From Octopus vulgaris (taxonomy: Eukaryota): DNA of 64,000 nucleotides. Position numbers and translations under genes: made by a program. The notes under the pieces were generated by a model. That model made no database searches. It saw only the letters and a list, made by a program, of their open reading frames with translations, and was not told where the DNA came from. The DNA lies in NCBI GenBank assembly GCA_951406725.2, contig OX597816.1, forward strand, positions 44,516,001-44,580,000, written 5' to 3'. Shown one piece after another: positions 25,847-38,757 of the stretch. Every line of letters begins with the position of its first letter. The stretch's first letter is position 1.

Positions 25847-26336
25847 ATTTATTTATTTATCTATTTATTTATTTATTTATTTTTACACTCCCTCATACGT
25901 AGCCCCAGTTGAAAGTGACTGGCTTCATTATTCGTTGCAAGACTACTTGGACAAATCAAACCAATATATGTCAGAAATTTAAAACAGTATTTCTTAAAGG
26001 AGGAATTTACTACCATCAACAAGGAAACCAGGATTTTGGTCAGAGGTATATTTCAGTCGAACAGCAATCAGTGAGTTCAGATAAGATAAATACACAGATT
26101 TAGTCAGAATTGTATCTGAATGCAACAGCATTGAAAAGAGATGTAGAGATAATCACAGATAATACAGTATTCCTGTCACAAAGATTCCTTTTCAGCATAT
26201 TTTTTTCTCTTCTATTTGTCGATCTAACTTCTTACTCTACCTTAAATCTCTTTTATTTATCTCTCAACACTCTTTCCTTTGTTTCAACTGTTAATTTCGT
26301 CTCCATTTCATGATATATGCACTCACACACACACGC

Positions 26337-26410
<74 letters not shown>

Positions 26411-26490
26411 GTGTACATATATAAATAAACTTATATATATATATATATATATAATCCACGTGCGGTCAACACAACCCTACCATTTATTGA

Positions 26491-26553
<63 letters not shown>

Positions 26554-26619
26554 ACATATATAAATATACAAATATATATTTACATATATACGCATATATA
26601 TTTATAAATATATATACAG

Positions 26620-26676
<57 letters not shown>

Positions 26677-27157
26677 GTGTATGTGTATGTATATATATTT
26701 ATATGTATATACATACATACATATATATATGTATATGTATATCTACACAAACTCTCGTACATGTGAATATACTTACGCATACGTACATATCAAGGTACGT
26801 GTATGTATGTATGTATGTATGTATGTATGTATGTATGTATGTATGTATGTATGTATGTATGTATGTATGTATGTATGTTTTATCAAATCTCCTCGATGAT
26901 ATCGCGCTTCTTCTCTCATAAAAGCTTGTGTAACCCACGATTATGAAGTGGGATCTTATTCCAAACAAATGCCTTTCTCCTTTTATATCTTATTTATTTC
27001 TTTTTCGTTTATATCAAGGAGCTCAATAAAACATTAGGAAGTGTACGTGACCGAACGAATTGCCATAAAAGTCAGCGAAATTTCCTGAAAGTCACACTGT
27101 TAAAAAAAAATGTGACACATAGTAACATAGTTCTAGGTACACGAAACTTAAGTATAA

Positions 27158-27348
27158 AAACAAAGGGCTACCTCATTGAAAGTACCTGTTCTCGTCCCAT
27201 CACCGACGTTAAGCAACGTTGAACCTAGTTACTACTTAGATGGTTGGTCAGTTGAATAACTTAGGTACACTGAACATTCCACTTTTTCAAGGTTTTGCTC
27301 CAGCATGGCTACAATCCATGCAACTGAAACAAGTAAAAAATAAAAGAG
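27158..27348 (+). pseudogene. Degenerate 5S rRNA-derived sequence fused to a family-A SINE 3' tail (candidate SINE3)
   Basis: TACCTCATTGAAAGTACCTGTTCTCGTCCCATCACCGACGTTAAGCAACGTTGAACCTAGTTACTACTTAGATGG aligns by eye with invertebrate 5S (TACCACGTTGAAAGCACCGGTTCTCGTCCGATCACCGAAGTTAAGCAACGTCGGGCCCGGTTAGTACTTGGATGG). It is followed by GCTCCAGCATGGCTACAATC..ACTGAAACAAGTAAAA. Confidence 0.8.
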
Positions 27349-27619
27349 TAATTAATACCTGCAATGGTTTTGCTCGTAGATCTATTCTATCAGAACGAAT
27401 ATGGAGCAAAAAGAGCCGCATGAGTTTAAAATGACAAGATGGTCATTGATGGAACGCTTTTGATCATGTTGATCAGGAGAAATATGGGAATGGCAGCAAC
27501 AATGAAACAATATTAGAATTTCGGCTTTTGACTTTTCCTGATAGAAATAACTAATCGAACTTCCCTGAAATCACACTATATCATCACAAACAGGGAATGT
27601 CGCATTCGATAGGGAAATA

Positions 27620-27835
27620 TTGGTTTCAAAATTTGGCACACGGCCAGCAATTACGGGAGAGAGAATAAGTGGATTACATCGACCCTAGACTTCTGATAGT
27701 AGTTATTTTTTCGACCCCAAAAGTATTAAAGGCATAGTCGATCTCGGCAGAATTTCAACTGAAACCGTGAAAGTGGCCAAGATGACACTAAGCATTATGC
27801 ACGGCCTGTCAACGATTCTGCTACCTCGCTGCTTT
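27620..27835 (-). mobile_element. SINE family B, degenerate copy
   Basis: Degenerate GATTACATCGACCC..TCGACCCC..AAAGGCATAGTCGATCTCGGCAGAATTT. Confidence 0.75.
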
Positions 27836-27990
27836 TAGATAAAGGAATATTAGATAAGCTAGATCCCCCAAAACATCTCAATATAAAACGGCTATCGTAA
27901 CGGCGACGTACTGTAGCCTCGATCGTCCAAGATCTTATAACAGGAAGATGATAAACAAAAACTCAGGGAAGATTTAGCGAGTCGGTATAT

Positions 27991-28216
27991 TTCTTTACTA
28001 CCCACAAGGGGCTAAACACAGAGGGGACAAACAAGGACACAGACAAAGGGATTAAGTCGACTACATCGACCCCAGTGCGGAACTGGTACTTAATTTATCG
28101 ATCCCGAAAGGATGAAAGGCAAAGTCGACCTCGGCGGAATTTGAACTCGGAACGTAACGACAGACGAAATACGGCTACGAATTTCGCCCGGCGTGCTAAC
28201 GTTTCTACCAGCTCGT
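27991..28216 (-). mobile_element. SINE family B copy with TSD AGTCGGTATAT
   Basis: Family B sequence; 11-bp direct repeat at ~27980 and ~28218. Confidence 0.9.
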
Positions 28217-29150
28217 TAGTCGGTATATGTGTATTTATGCATACATACGTGTGTGTGTATTAATATGTGTGTAGTTATTAGTGTCTGCGTGTGCATGTGA
28301 GTCAGTGCATGTGTCTGAGTGTGTGTATGTTGCGACACAGGAAGTTTTTTTCAGAGCTCCTATTTATCACCAGCCATTCATGGGTTATTGGACAATCCAG
28401 GCTACAATACAACACACTATATATCTATGGATTGTTCATGGAAATAAATGTTTGCCGTTGAAGACATTTGCGTATCGTAAAAGTACAGCTTTCTTCTATA
28501 TGAAATATCGCACACGCATTCTCGCCTTTCTTCATTTCAAACTTGTCGCGTCGCGGTCCTTTGTGAAATCGAATCTAGAACTACACATAAAAAATCGATA
28601 AGCTCGATATATATGCGTGTATGTGTGTGTGTGTGTGTGTGTGATTGTGTGCGTATGCATGTATCTCTTATGATAATATATACATATATGTGCATATATA
28701 TATATTATATATATATATATATACACGCACACACACACACACACACATATTCAGGTTATCGAACTCGATATGAGAAATTTCCTATTACCATTGACGTCGA
28801 TAAAATATTATTGTTCCTGAACGCTTCTTTGTTGTTGTTATATATCTACCACGGGCTGCTCCAAGCTTGCAAACTTCTTACGTGAGAGGATGATTGTACA
28901 TGCAGAATTTAAAACAGAGCAAATTCACATGATTTGCTATATCCCGTGGCCGTATAAGACGGTTCTCATCTTTCGACGATATACGTAGGGGTATTTTCAT
29001 GCACCACAAATCCATACTAATAGGTCCTCTCAGAGTAAATAATGCCGTATTTAGTGTTCTAACATCACATCCATGTTCAGTTGGAGATAAATGTTATCTT
29101 TTCATGTGTAAATATATATATTTATATATACTGACAAAGCGGTATATGAG

Positions 29151-29184
<34 letters not shown>

Positions 29185-29278
29185 AAATATATATATATAT
29201 ATATATAGATATATATAACAAAGTCACATAAAAAATCCAAACATAAACATAAAAATCTTGCACAACAAATATTTAAAC

Positions 29279-29317
<39 letters not shown>

Positions 29318-29324
29318 TATATAT

Positions 29325-29515
29325 AAAGTTAATCCAAACAAAAACGCGAGGACGTGGAACAAGTATAGTATTATTGGACGCTCAGGTTAGAATGAAAGAA
29401 GTAGGGTTTAATGTTTCGAGTGGAGCTCTTCGTAAGAAACATAGGAAAAGGAAAGATCCAAAGAAGGGAAGAAGGAGGGAAAAAATCGCCAACGGTACAC
29501 ACGCGGTCACATTAA
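29325..29515 (-). mobile_element. Penelope-like terminal fragment (same family as 24620-24830) with decayed hammerhead motif
   Basis: Minus strand reads GTTT-CTTACGA-A-GAGC-TCC-ACTC-GAAACATT-AAAC. Confidence 0.6.
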
Positions 29516-29619
29516 AGCGGTACATGAGTATATAAATATATAAACACACATATATATATATACATATACATGTATGAGTGTGTATGTATATATATATACA
29601 TACATATATATATGATCAT

Positions 29620-29884
29620 ACGTAGTCACGTGACTGACCAGGGTACCAGATGTTGCTACAGATCACTGATCACAATGCACTTTTGCAATGTTTTAGCCTT
29701 CAAGTTACGCCAACCCAGGCGAGCAAACGAACCCACCCCCACCCCACCCTGATTGGAGGAAAAGTGGAGCAATGTGAAATGAAGTTTTTGGTCCAAGAAC
29801 ACAATGCACCACTCTGTCAGCGAATGGAACCTGCGATCTAGCGATTGTGAGTGTTTCAGTCAGACTACTAGGCCACACACCTTC
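29620..29884 (-). mobile_element. tRNA-derived SINE family C, degenerate
   Basis: Minus-strand head GAAGGTGTGTGGCCTAGT..GGTTCCATTC..TTGTGTTCTTGGACCAAAAACTTCATTTCACATTGCTCCA. Confidence 0.6.
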
Positions 29885-29905
29885 AGATACATATGCGTAT
29901 ATACG

Positions 29906-29978
<73 letters not shown>

Positions 29979-30036
29979 ATATTTGTATATATACACACAT
30001 ATATATATATATATACATATAAATATATATATATAT

Positions 30037-30266
30037 TTCTTTACTACCCACAAGGGGCTAAACACAGAGGGGACAAACAAGGACAGACAAAGGGATTAGG
30101 TCGACTACATCGACCCCAGTGCGTAACTGGTACTTAATTTATCGACCCCGAAAGGATGAAAGGCAAAGTCGACCTCGGCGGAATTTGAACTCGGAACGTA
30201 ACGACAGACGAAATACGGCTACGAATTTCGCCCGGCGTGCTAACGTTTCTGCCAGCTCGCCGCCTT
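30037..30266 (-). mobile_element. SINE family B, well-preserved copy
   Basis: Near-identical to 27991-28216; flanked by TATAAATATATATAT repeats. Confidence 0.9.
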
Positions 30267-31139
30267 ATAAATATATATATATACACATATATACATATGC
30301 ATGTGTATTTCTCTGTGTGTGTATATACAAATAGAAAAATGGAGAGAGGTAGAGTGACATAAAAGTCACGCTAACATTTAATTTGCATATGTATATTAAG
30401 GCGGCGATCTGGTAGAGTCTTTTGTATGCCTAGTAAAATGCTTGGCGCCATTTTATCCGTCCGTAATTTATGAGTTCGCATTCCATTGTGGTCCATTTTA
30501 GCTCTGATCTTCCAGGGTCTATAAAATAAGTGCTAGATGAACAACTAGTACAACTTGGGGTCGATGTAATCGGCGTAACCCTCTTCTCCGTAATTACTGG
30601 CCTTATACCAAAACTTGATACCCAAACACATATATTTAAGCAAAAGCGACAGTTATGTGCCACTCTGTACATATATGTGTGCATGTGTATATGTGCTTGT
30701 GCTCGTACACGTCTGTATGTGTGTGTGCGTGTGTGTGTGGGGGGGTACATGTGCGTGTGCGTGTGTGCGTGCGTGCGCGTCTGTGTGTATGTGGTGGTTC
30801 GTCTTTGTAGTTTTAAAAACTGTTGTTCTGTTTCAAACTTTATATATTGATTCCATAGAGATCGATAAATTAAGCCTCAGACTAGACGATGTACTTGGGT
30901 CGATATTCTCAACTGAAGCCTCCGAGGGATGTGCACCAGAATGGCTTCCGTTCAGTACCTGAAATTAGTAAAGTATTGCATAGTTTTCTATGTATGTGTG
31001 TATATGATATAAACAGGCGAAATACGTTCCTATATTGATTATACATTGCCAAGTTTTAATTTGATATTTATTTCAAATCATAATTTTGAGGAACTTCTGA
31101 GAAACACATTTCTCTATCTTTTATCGTTTTTTTTTTTTT

Positions 31140-31330
31140 TTTTTGCTTGTTTCAGTCATTAGACTGTGGCCATGCCGGGCCACCGTATTGAAGAATCATG
31201 TTCAGTACTTATTTATCTTTTAAAGTCTAGTACATATACTATCGATTTAATTTCCCGAACAGCTAAGTTACTTTTCGTAAACACATCAACACTGATTGTC
31301 AAGTGGTTGTGGGAAAGATATCCACAGACA
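31140..31330 (-). mobile_element. SINE family A, 3' fragment
   Basis: CTTGTTTCAGTCATTAGACTGTGGCCATGC..GCTAAGTTAC..GTAAACACATCAACAC. Confidence 0.7.
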
Positions 31331-31334
31331 CCAA

Positions 31335-32345
31335 GACATTAGCGAAGCAGTTTATCCAATAGTTCAAGACATTAACGATGACGATTCTGGCAAATCAAAG
31401 AGAGCTATCGCTAAAGAACTTCAAAGAATTACGGTGCATGAAAATATTCGTTATAAGCATCTTGTACTCTGAAGACTCCAATTCATGACTGTTAAGACAC
31501 TTGAAAACCATTTGATCTGTGCCAAATGGCTGCAAAACAAGTTTCAGAACACCTACGAACATAGCATGATATGGTTTTTCTCTGATAGGAAATCTTCGAC
31601 GAAGATAAACAGTCTAACAGGACAAATGACAATTCTTTTCTTCTCTAGGCACAAGGCCCGAAATTTTGGGGGAGGAGGCCAGTCGATCAGGTTGACCCCA
31701 GTACGCAGCTGGTACTTAATTTATCGACTCCGAAAGGATGAAAGGCAAAGCCGACCTCGGCGGAATTTGATATCAGAACGTAAAGACAGACGAAAAATCA
31801 CTAAGCATTTCACTCGGCGTGCTTAACGTTTCTGCCAGATCGCCGCCAGGACAAATGATAATTGGATATGTGCAGATCTTTCAGTTATCCCAAAAGAGAT
31901 GTACACAAAATTTCCTGTAACAGTGTTGATGTGAGAAGTGTTGAGTAATAAAGGTTATGCCATAACACCTCATGTCGCTCCACATTGTCTTTAAAATGAA
32001 TGCTACTGGATATGTTGTGTTGTTGGAAACAATTGTTAATACCTGGATAGATGAAGTACGCAGTGAAAGGACATTCATATTTCAACAAGAATCAACACCT
32101 TCTCACAAAGGTGATGTAACCCAAATTTTTTCCAATCATGTAACACCAAGCTTACGGCTTTTAAACATTGCTTCCCACTGGCTGTTACATCTAGAGCGTT
32201 GTTGAAATGGAAACAAATTGACAATTTCGCAATACCATGTCTCTCTGACGGCAACCCTGTCCAGGTGCTGCCTGAAATAAGTAAGAACCATATCCTGCAT
32301 TGAAGTAGTCATCACATCTGATGGAGTCATTATACCAAAATTATT
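31335..32345 (+). mobile_element. Degenerate maT/DD37D-like Tc1/mariner transposase remnant, interrupted by a SINE
   Basis: Fragments DDDSGKSKRAIAKELQ..VHENIRYK, IWFFSD, and YVVLLETIVNTWIDEVRSERTFIFQQESTPSH (cf. VKPWI....GRPYVFQQDSAPSH). Confidence 0.75.
31633..31848 (-). mobile_element. SINE family B inserted in the maT-like remnant, TSD CAGGACAAATGA(C/T)AATT
   Basis: Direct repeats at ~31618 and ~31847. Confidence 0.9.
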
Positions 32346-32897
32346 AATACACGCACTGGTAAAATCTCGTTTTTTTTATATTAGTTAAGTGATTAAATTA
32401 TCCAACTAATTAATCGCAACTAACTAATCGGTTATTCGTTTAATTTGGTTAACCAGTAAGTCCTTTGTTCTGTTTTCGTTTCTCAAAGCCCTTTTGTTTC
32501 TACCTGTGTCTTCCAAGACACAGCAAAATTTGTCTCGCCACACGAATTTACATAAAGAATCGTGCAAACCGGATGCAATAACGAAGTGAATTTACTGAAT
32601 AATTTTATAAGAAGGCTTATCGGAACATGTGCAGAAACGCTTCAAAATATATTTTGCATGTAATAGGCGATACGAGTTGATAAAATTGACTAAATATGTC
32701 CTTAAATAACTTTCGCATCCTTCATATAGTCATGCATACACACACATACATATACATATACATATATATATGTGAGTTCGTGTGTGCGTGTGTGTGTGTG
32801 GTGTATGTGTGTGCGCGCGTGCATATACACACGGGTGAGTGGGCGAACGAAAGAAAAAGGCAGCCAGGACATTTAGTAGGAGTTACATGTGTTATTA

Positions 32898-32971
<74 letters not shown>

Positions 32972-32972
32972 T

Positions 32973-33410
32973 AAGGCGGCGAGCTGGCAGAAACGTTAGC
33001 ACGCCGGGCGAAATGCTTAGCAGTATTTCGTCTGCCGCTACGTTCTGAGTTCAAATTCAGCCGAGGTCGACTTTGCTTTTCGTCCTTTCGGTGTCGATAA
33101 AATTAAATGCCAGTCAAGTACTAGGGGTTGATGTAATCGACTGGACCCCTCCCCACGAATTTCAGGCCCTGTGCCTATAGAAGAAAGTATTATCATTCTT
33201 ATTTAATCTAAGCTAAGGCAGTGAGCTGGCAGAGTTATTGGCATGCCGGGCAAAATGCTTAGTGATTTTCCGTCAATACTAACGTTCTGACTTCAAAATT
33301 CCCCAGAGGTCGACTTTGCCTTTCATCTTATCGGGGTTGATAAATTAAGTAAACTTCATAAATTAAGTGAAGTTGATCCCTCAAAATTTCAGACCTTGAG
33401 CCTTTAGCAG
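32973..33410 (+). mobile_element. Two tandem SINE family B copies following a (TAT)n array
   Basis: Heads at ~32973 and ~33215. Confidence 0.85.
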
Positions 33411-34449
33411 AAACAATTTGAACCGTTTCCATACAACTTTAAGTTTCGTAAGTTTTGTCTTCTTTGCACATAATTCAAAGTTGAATGATTTTCGAGATGC
33501 TTACTCCTACTTCGATAGTCAGTACAGCCGCGTTGGATAACATTTAACCACTCGTTGGTTCATTTGTTCGGACAACCATTTTTTTTTTTATCTAACTCTA
33601 CGTTACCGACAGCTGCGGCAACAATGGATGTTGCTTTTCAATACACATAGACATGATTGGTCATGGAAATGCATGTTTGCCGTTGAAAACATTTGTGTAT
33701 CGTAAAAGTACACGTTTATTTTATATGAAGTATTAGATGTTCCTCTATGTTACTTCTTTAGGGACTCATCGCCAGTACAAAGCCATAATTTTTATAATCA
33801 TTCAGTGTTCTCTCTCACTCAATGAATATATAATACGTCGTTTGGACGAGTTAAGAACTCTGTTGAGTTCATGTAACTCTCCCTCTGTCTCTCTCTGTCT
33901 CTCTGTCTCTCACGCACACATACATATGCAAACATACAGACATTCACACATATACACACTTGACATATAGGTATATTTGTGTACTTCACACCAATCGGTC
34001 TATCTCAATATCTATATCTATTCATCAATTTATCTCTGTACATATATGTATGTGTGTGTGGGTGTGTGTGGGTGTATGCTTTAAAGAAAGTTATATATAC
34101 AATCAATAATATGTATGCACTATTTCCGTGTATAATAGGGGAAAACGTCCTTCTAATCATCAACACATATACTGACACTATTGACCCGACCTTGACACCC
34201 CCCCACTTCCGCTAACATTACTGAATGACGGCTCTTCTCCAATTCACTATTGAGACGTACGGCATTACAAATCAATGTCTGTCTTAGTGATAATTGGATA
34301 GTACGTGAATACGTTATACTTCCGTTGTATGAATAAGAGTAAATACGTTAATTTCCTCTCCCATAATAGACCATTCTACGAAAAGCCTAGCCTGGCACTA
34401 ATAAAACTAATTGCTTGCTCCATATTATTAGAACTTAAAGAATATAACT

Positions 34450-34724
34450 GGCACTCCGTCGGTTACGACGAGGGTTCCATTTGATCCGGTCAATGGAACA
34501 AACAGCTCCTGAAAATAAAGGTGCAGATAACGCGTACTTTTAAACGTAATTCTCAAGAAGATTCAGCGTGACAAGGCTGGCCCTTTGAATTACAGGTACT
34601 ACTCATTTTTGGCACTGAGTGGACCGGAGCAACGTGGGATAAAGTGCCTTGCTCAACGTGCTGCTGTGTATCGAACTCACGACCTTCCGAATCTGAGCCG
34701 AATGCCACTAAGCCACACGCCTTC
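34450..34724 (-). mobile_element. tRNA-derived SINE family C copy
   Basis: Minus-strand head GAAGGCGTGTGGCTTAGTGG..GAGTTCGATAC..TTGAGCAAGGCACTTTATCCCACGTTGCTCC. Confidence 0.7.
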
Positions 34725-34749
34725 TTATGGTAGAATGCATGTGTGTGTG

Positions 34750-35320
34750 AAGCGACGAGCTGGCAGAAACTTTAGCACACCGAGCAAAATTGTTAGCGGT
34801 ATTTCGTCTGCGGTTACGTTCTGAGTTCAAATTTCGCTGAGATCGACTTTGCCTTTCATCCTTTCGGGGTCGATAAATTAAGTACCAGTTACGCACTGGG
34901 GTCGATATAATCGACTTAAACCGTTTGTCTATCCTTGATTGTCTCCTCTGTGTTTAACCCCTTGTGGGTAGTAAAGAAATAGGTTTTCCGTCTGTCTTTA
35001 CTTTCTAAGTTCAAATTCTGCCGAGGTCGACTTTGCCTTTCATCCTTTCGGGATCGATAAATTAAGTACCAGTTACGCACTGGGGTCGATGTAGTCGACT
35101 TAATCCCTTTGTCTGTCGCTGTTTGTCCCTTCTATGTTTTGCCTCATGTGGGCAATAAAAAAATAAGAAACGCTAGCACGCCAGACGAAATGTTTAACGG
35201 TATTTTGCCTTTCATCCCTATGGGGTCAATAAATTAAGTACCAGTTGTGTACTGAGATCGATCTAATCGACTGGCCCCCGTCCCAAAATTTGCGGGCCTT
35301 GTGCCTAGAGTAGGATAGAA
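34750..35320 (+). mobile_element. SINE family B, multimeric (about 3 modules)
   Basis: The CCTTTCATCC..GATAAATTAAGTACCAGTT module repeats three times. Confidence 0.9.
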
Positions 35321-35853
35321 AAAAATGTGTGCATGTGCGTGTGCGCGCGTGTGCGTGTGCGCGCGTGTGCGTGTGCGCGCGTGTGCGTGTGCGCGCGTGT
35401 GCGTGTGTGTGTATCAGTTATTCAGAAATAAAAATAAATAAATTTTATTGCTACGTATTCAAACGTTATTTCTCTATAAGATTCAAAAGTATACACCAGC
35501 TATCTTCTAAATCTACTGCCTGCACAAGTTTTTCGACTAAAATATATGGAAATGGACATGATAAGCTGTTCGTGTACATCCGTCTAATTTTGTTTGGTGT
35601 TAGAAATATATAACCAATTTTCTGTAAAGTGTCATGTTGATGCGAGAACTGAAACAAAGTAAAAATGAACATGAAAAGAAATGAATAAATATTCAATCGC
35701 TGTTAATAAAATTTTTGCCATGAATATTTAAACGTATGTCTGCGCATGCACACGCATATGCACACACACACACACACACACACATAGACATATTTAATCT
35801 TTCTTACAATATACATACATACACACACATACACACATATATATATATACATA

Positions 35854-36010
35854 TAGGCGTAGGAGTGGCTGTGTAGTAAGTAGCTTGCTTACGAACCACA
35901 TGGTTCCGGACTCAGTCCAAGTGTCTTCTACTATAGCCTCGGGCCGACCAAATCCTTGTGAGTGGATTTGGTAGATGGAAACTGAAAGAAGACCGTCGTA
36001 TATATGTATG

Positions 36011-36108
<98 letters not shown>

Positions 36109-36325
36109 TTTGTGCGTCTGTGTTTGTGCCCCCAACATCACATGAGAAGCGATGCTGATGTGTTTACGTCCCCGTAACTTAGCGGTTCAGCAAAAGAGAC
36201 CAATAAAATAAGTACTAGGCTTACAAGGCTTACAAAGAATAAGTCCTGGGGTCGATTTGCTCGACTAAAGGCGATGCTCCAGCATGGCCACAGTAAACGA
36301 ACAAAAGAATAAAAAAGAGTAAAGA

Positions 36326-36328
<3 letters not shown>
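35854..36328 (+). mobile_element. SINE family A copy with long internal (TG)n
   Basis: TAGGCGTAGGAGTGGCTGTGTAGTAAG head; GCTCCAGCATGGCCACAG..GAATAAAAAAGAGTAAAGAG tail. Confidence 0.9.
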
Positions 36329-36365
<37 letters not shown>

Positions 36366-37563
36366 TATACATTCATAACATGCTGTAAGAAAGATTATAT
36401 TTTTCTATCTTCTGTCCGACACCTGCTGATAGTAAGGAATGTTGCAACGGTGATCTGTTTTTAAATGGGCTTTACTCACAAATGGAATAATTTTCATGAC
36501 GATGAACACTTTTTTTCACGTTGATCATTGTCTTCTTTATCACATTTTCTTGTTTAGTTGTGATATATATGTCTATGATTCTGTTTGTTTTGTTTTTTGC
36601 TTGTGCTTTTTTTATTATTTCTAATGGAAATGTAAAATGGTACGATACTGCTGAGGATGGTATGAACATTTTTCTTGAAAATTGTTTGAAAGAGGTAACG
36701 GAGAGGGTTAGTGGAAATATCAGAAAATAAATACATTGAAAACATTTGCGTCGATATATTTTCTAATTTCCTATGCAGCTGGCAGATTCTTGAGAAAGAT
36801 GAAATAGCTGTTCTTAACAGTCCATCTGCAAGAATCTCAGAATTATCTGGACGACTTATTTTTCTATTTTTCTACAACATAGTACAGATTAAAACTACTG
36901 ATATTCACATCTACACATACATATATGGACTCCTCACATACATAGATACATTCACACACATGTATATACATATATATAAATACATTCAAATATTGTTTCA
37001 TACATTGAAATATATATAGATATGTACACACGCAGATATATGTATATATACAAATGTATATATATGATGCATGTATGATTTAAATAGCATAAAAAGTTGC
37101 TCCAGTTTCTGATCAATGTCGGATCAACTGCAAACGAATTTAAGACTTCACAAAATTGCTTTGTATACTAAGCACAGCGTAGTGATACACAGCGATTTGT
37201 CTGCAGAAGGCCAAGAAATTATGGCAGACCCAAAATTTTCGCAGCAGCTCTTTCCAACACGTCTACCTCACACTGTTAACTTGATCAATAATGATTGTCA
37301 AAGCCTGATGGGCAACACTAATTTTGATATGAGACTTCAAAACTTCTACTCGCAGCAAAAAAGAGCAACATTTCCACTAAAGGGACAAACGTTATTTATG
37401 CAAATTTTACCTATTAATGGATTTGGTCCGCTTTGTGGTCAATGCCTATTTATGTCTAATTAAAATGCTGAGTTGTTAATTCATCATCCATTTATGAATT
37501 CTAACATAAGTAATAAGTTCAGATACTAATTACGTTGTATCTGAAAGTTACTTAAAAGACGTC

Positions 37564-38757
37564 ATCACGTTAGTTTACCTATGTACAATTTTTAATTCTA
37601 TTAACTGTTATGAGTCGAGTGTAACCTCAGTTATAAGAAAAAAAAAACAGAGGATTCTTTAGAAGCTAATAATCTTAACATGGTGTTTTCCAGTAACTAG
37701 AAGAAAATATGCGCTAGCAAAGAAATATCAAATGTGAATAATATTTTCATTTTATCATTCAGTACAAAATCTGAAGTTTGTAAAAGATTGTAATTATTCT
37801 CACCTCAGTAAAATCGTACGGTTTGTTGTACTTCCTAAAATAACGATAAATGAATCTATAAATATTTATTGACGAAAGAGGGTAGAACAATTTTGCGATC
37901 AAATAATTCAGAGACATCCGAATACAAAACAATACTTACCTTAGTGTTAACATGTTCAATAAATGGAATATCAAGCAGATAACTAGAAGAAAATTCTCCG
38001 TTCGAAGAAACAGTATTAGGTAATGTTAATTCTATTTTTTTCTTTTCAAGCAAGCGTGAGACACAAATGTAAGTCTTTCGTTCTTATTCATTCCTCGTTT
38101 GTTGTCCTCTTTCACAATTATATCGGAAATCCACAATGGCTCCGTCTCGGCTATAACCTTGGAACCCTGGTAATCTATTACAACACTTACCTAGTCGAGC
38201 AACACGATTTATATACTCTACAACTGCATGAAGGCTATCGAGGCCCAGAGTTGTGTATGTAGGTTATCAGCCATCAAAAACTTGAAGTTGATTCACAGGA
38301 TGTACTGCTGGTGACAACAATAAGATACGTACGCCAGTTTGTTATTGATGGATACTAAGGGCTGCTGTGATATATGAGGTTTCTCACAGAAGCATAACAG
38401 TCGATTATGTGCTGGAGATGAGGATAGAAATGACTCATGTGTTCTCGGGAATTCGTTTTGGAGCTGAAGCCTCCAAATGAACTGGGGACAAGTGAAACAG
38501 ATTTTCCACTCCCTACAATTGAAAGCTGCATACATTACATGTATTCCTCTCTTAAAGCCATTCGCTAGCACATCTGATAGTTTCTCAAAAGAAGTAATCA
38601 CGTTAGTTCACCTATGTACAATTTTTAATGCTATTAACTGTTATGAGTCGAGTGTAACCTCATTTATATGAAAAAAACAGAGGATTCTTTAGAAGATAAT
38701 AGTCTTAACATGGTGTTTTCCAGTATCGTTAAAACGCTAACTAGAAGAAAATATGCA
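37564..38757 (+). repeat. Local ~150-bp direct duplication (37564-37712 and 38597-38757)
   Basis: Both copies read ATCACGTTAGTT.ACCTATGTACAATTTTTAAT.CTATTAACTGTTATGAGTCGAGTGTAACCTCA..AACATGGTGTTTTCCAGT..AACTAGAAGAAAATATGC. Confidence 0.9.

Noticed and set aside
27158-27278. Functional 5S rRNA gene
   Set aside because: Many substitutions, degraded 5'/3' ends, solitary, and fused to a SINE tail.
28075-28263. Recurrent ORF '[27 protein letters not shown]' (also at 30119, 34708, 50501, 62450)
   Set aside because: It is the antisense translation of SINE family B, not a gene family.
37116-37463. 115-aa non-repetitive ORF
   Set aside because: No recognisable motif or splice support; compatible with chance.
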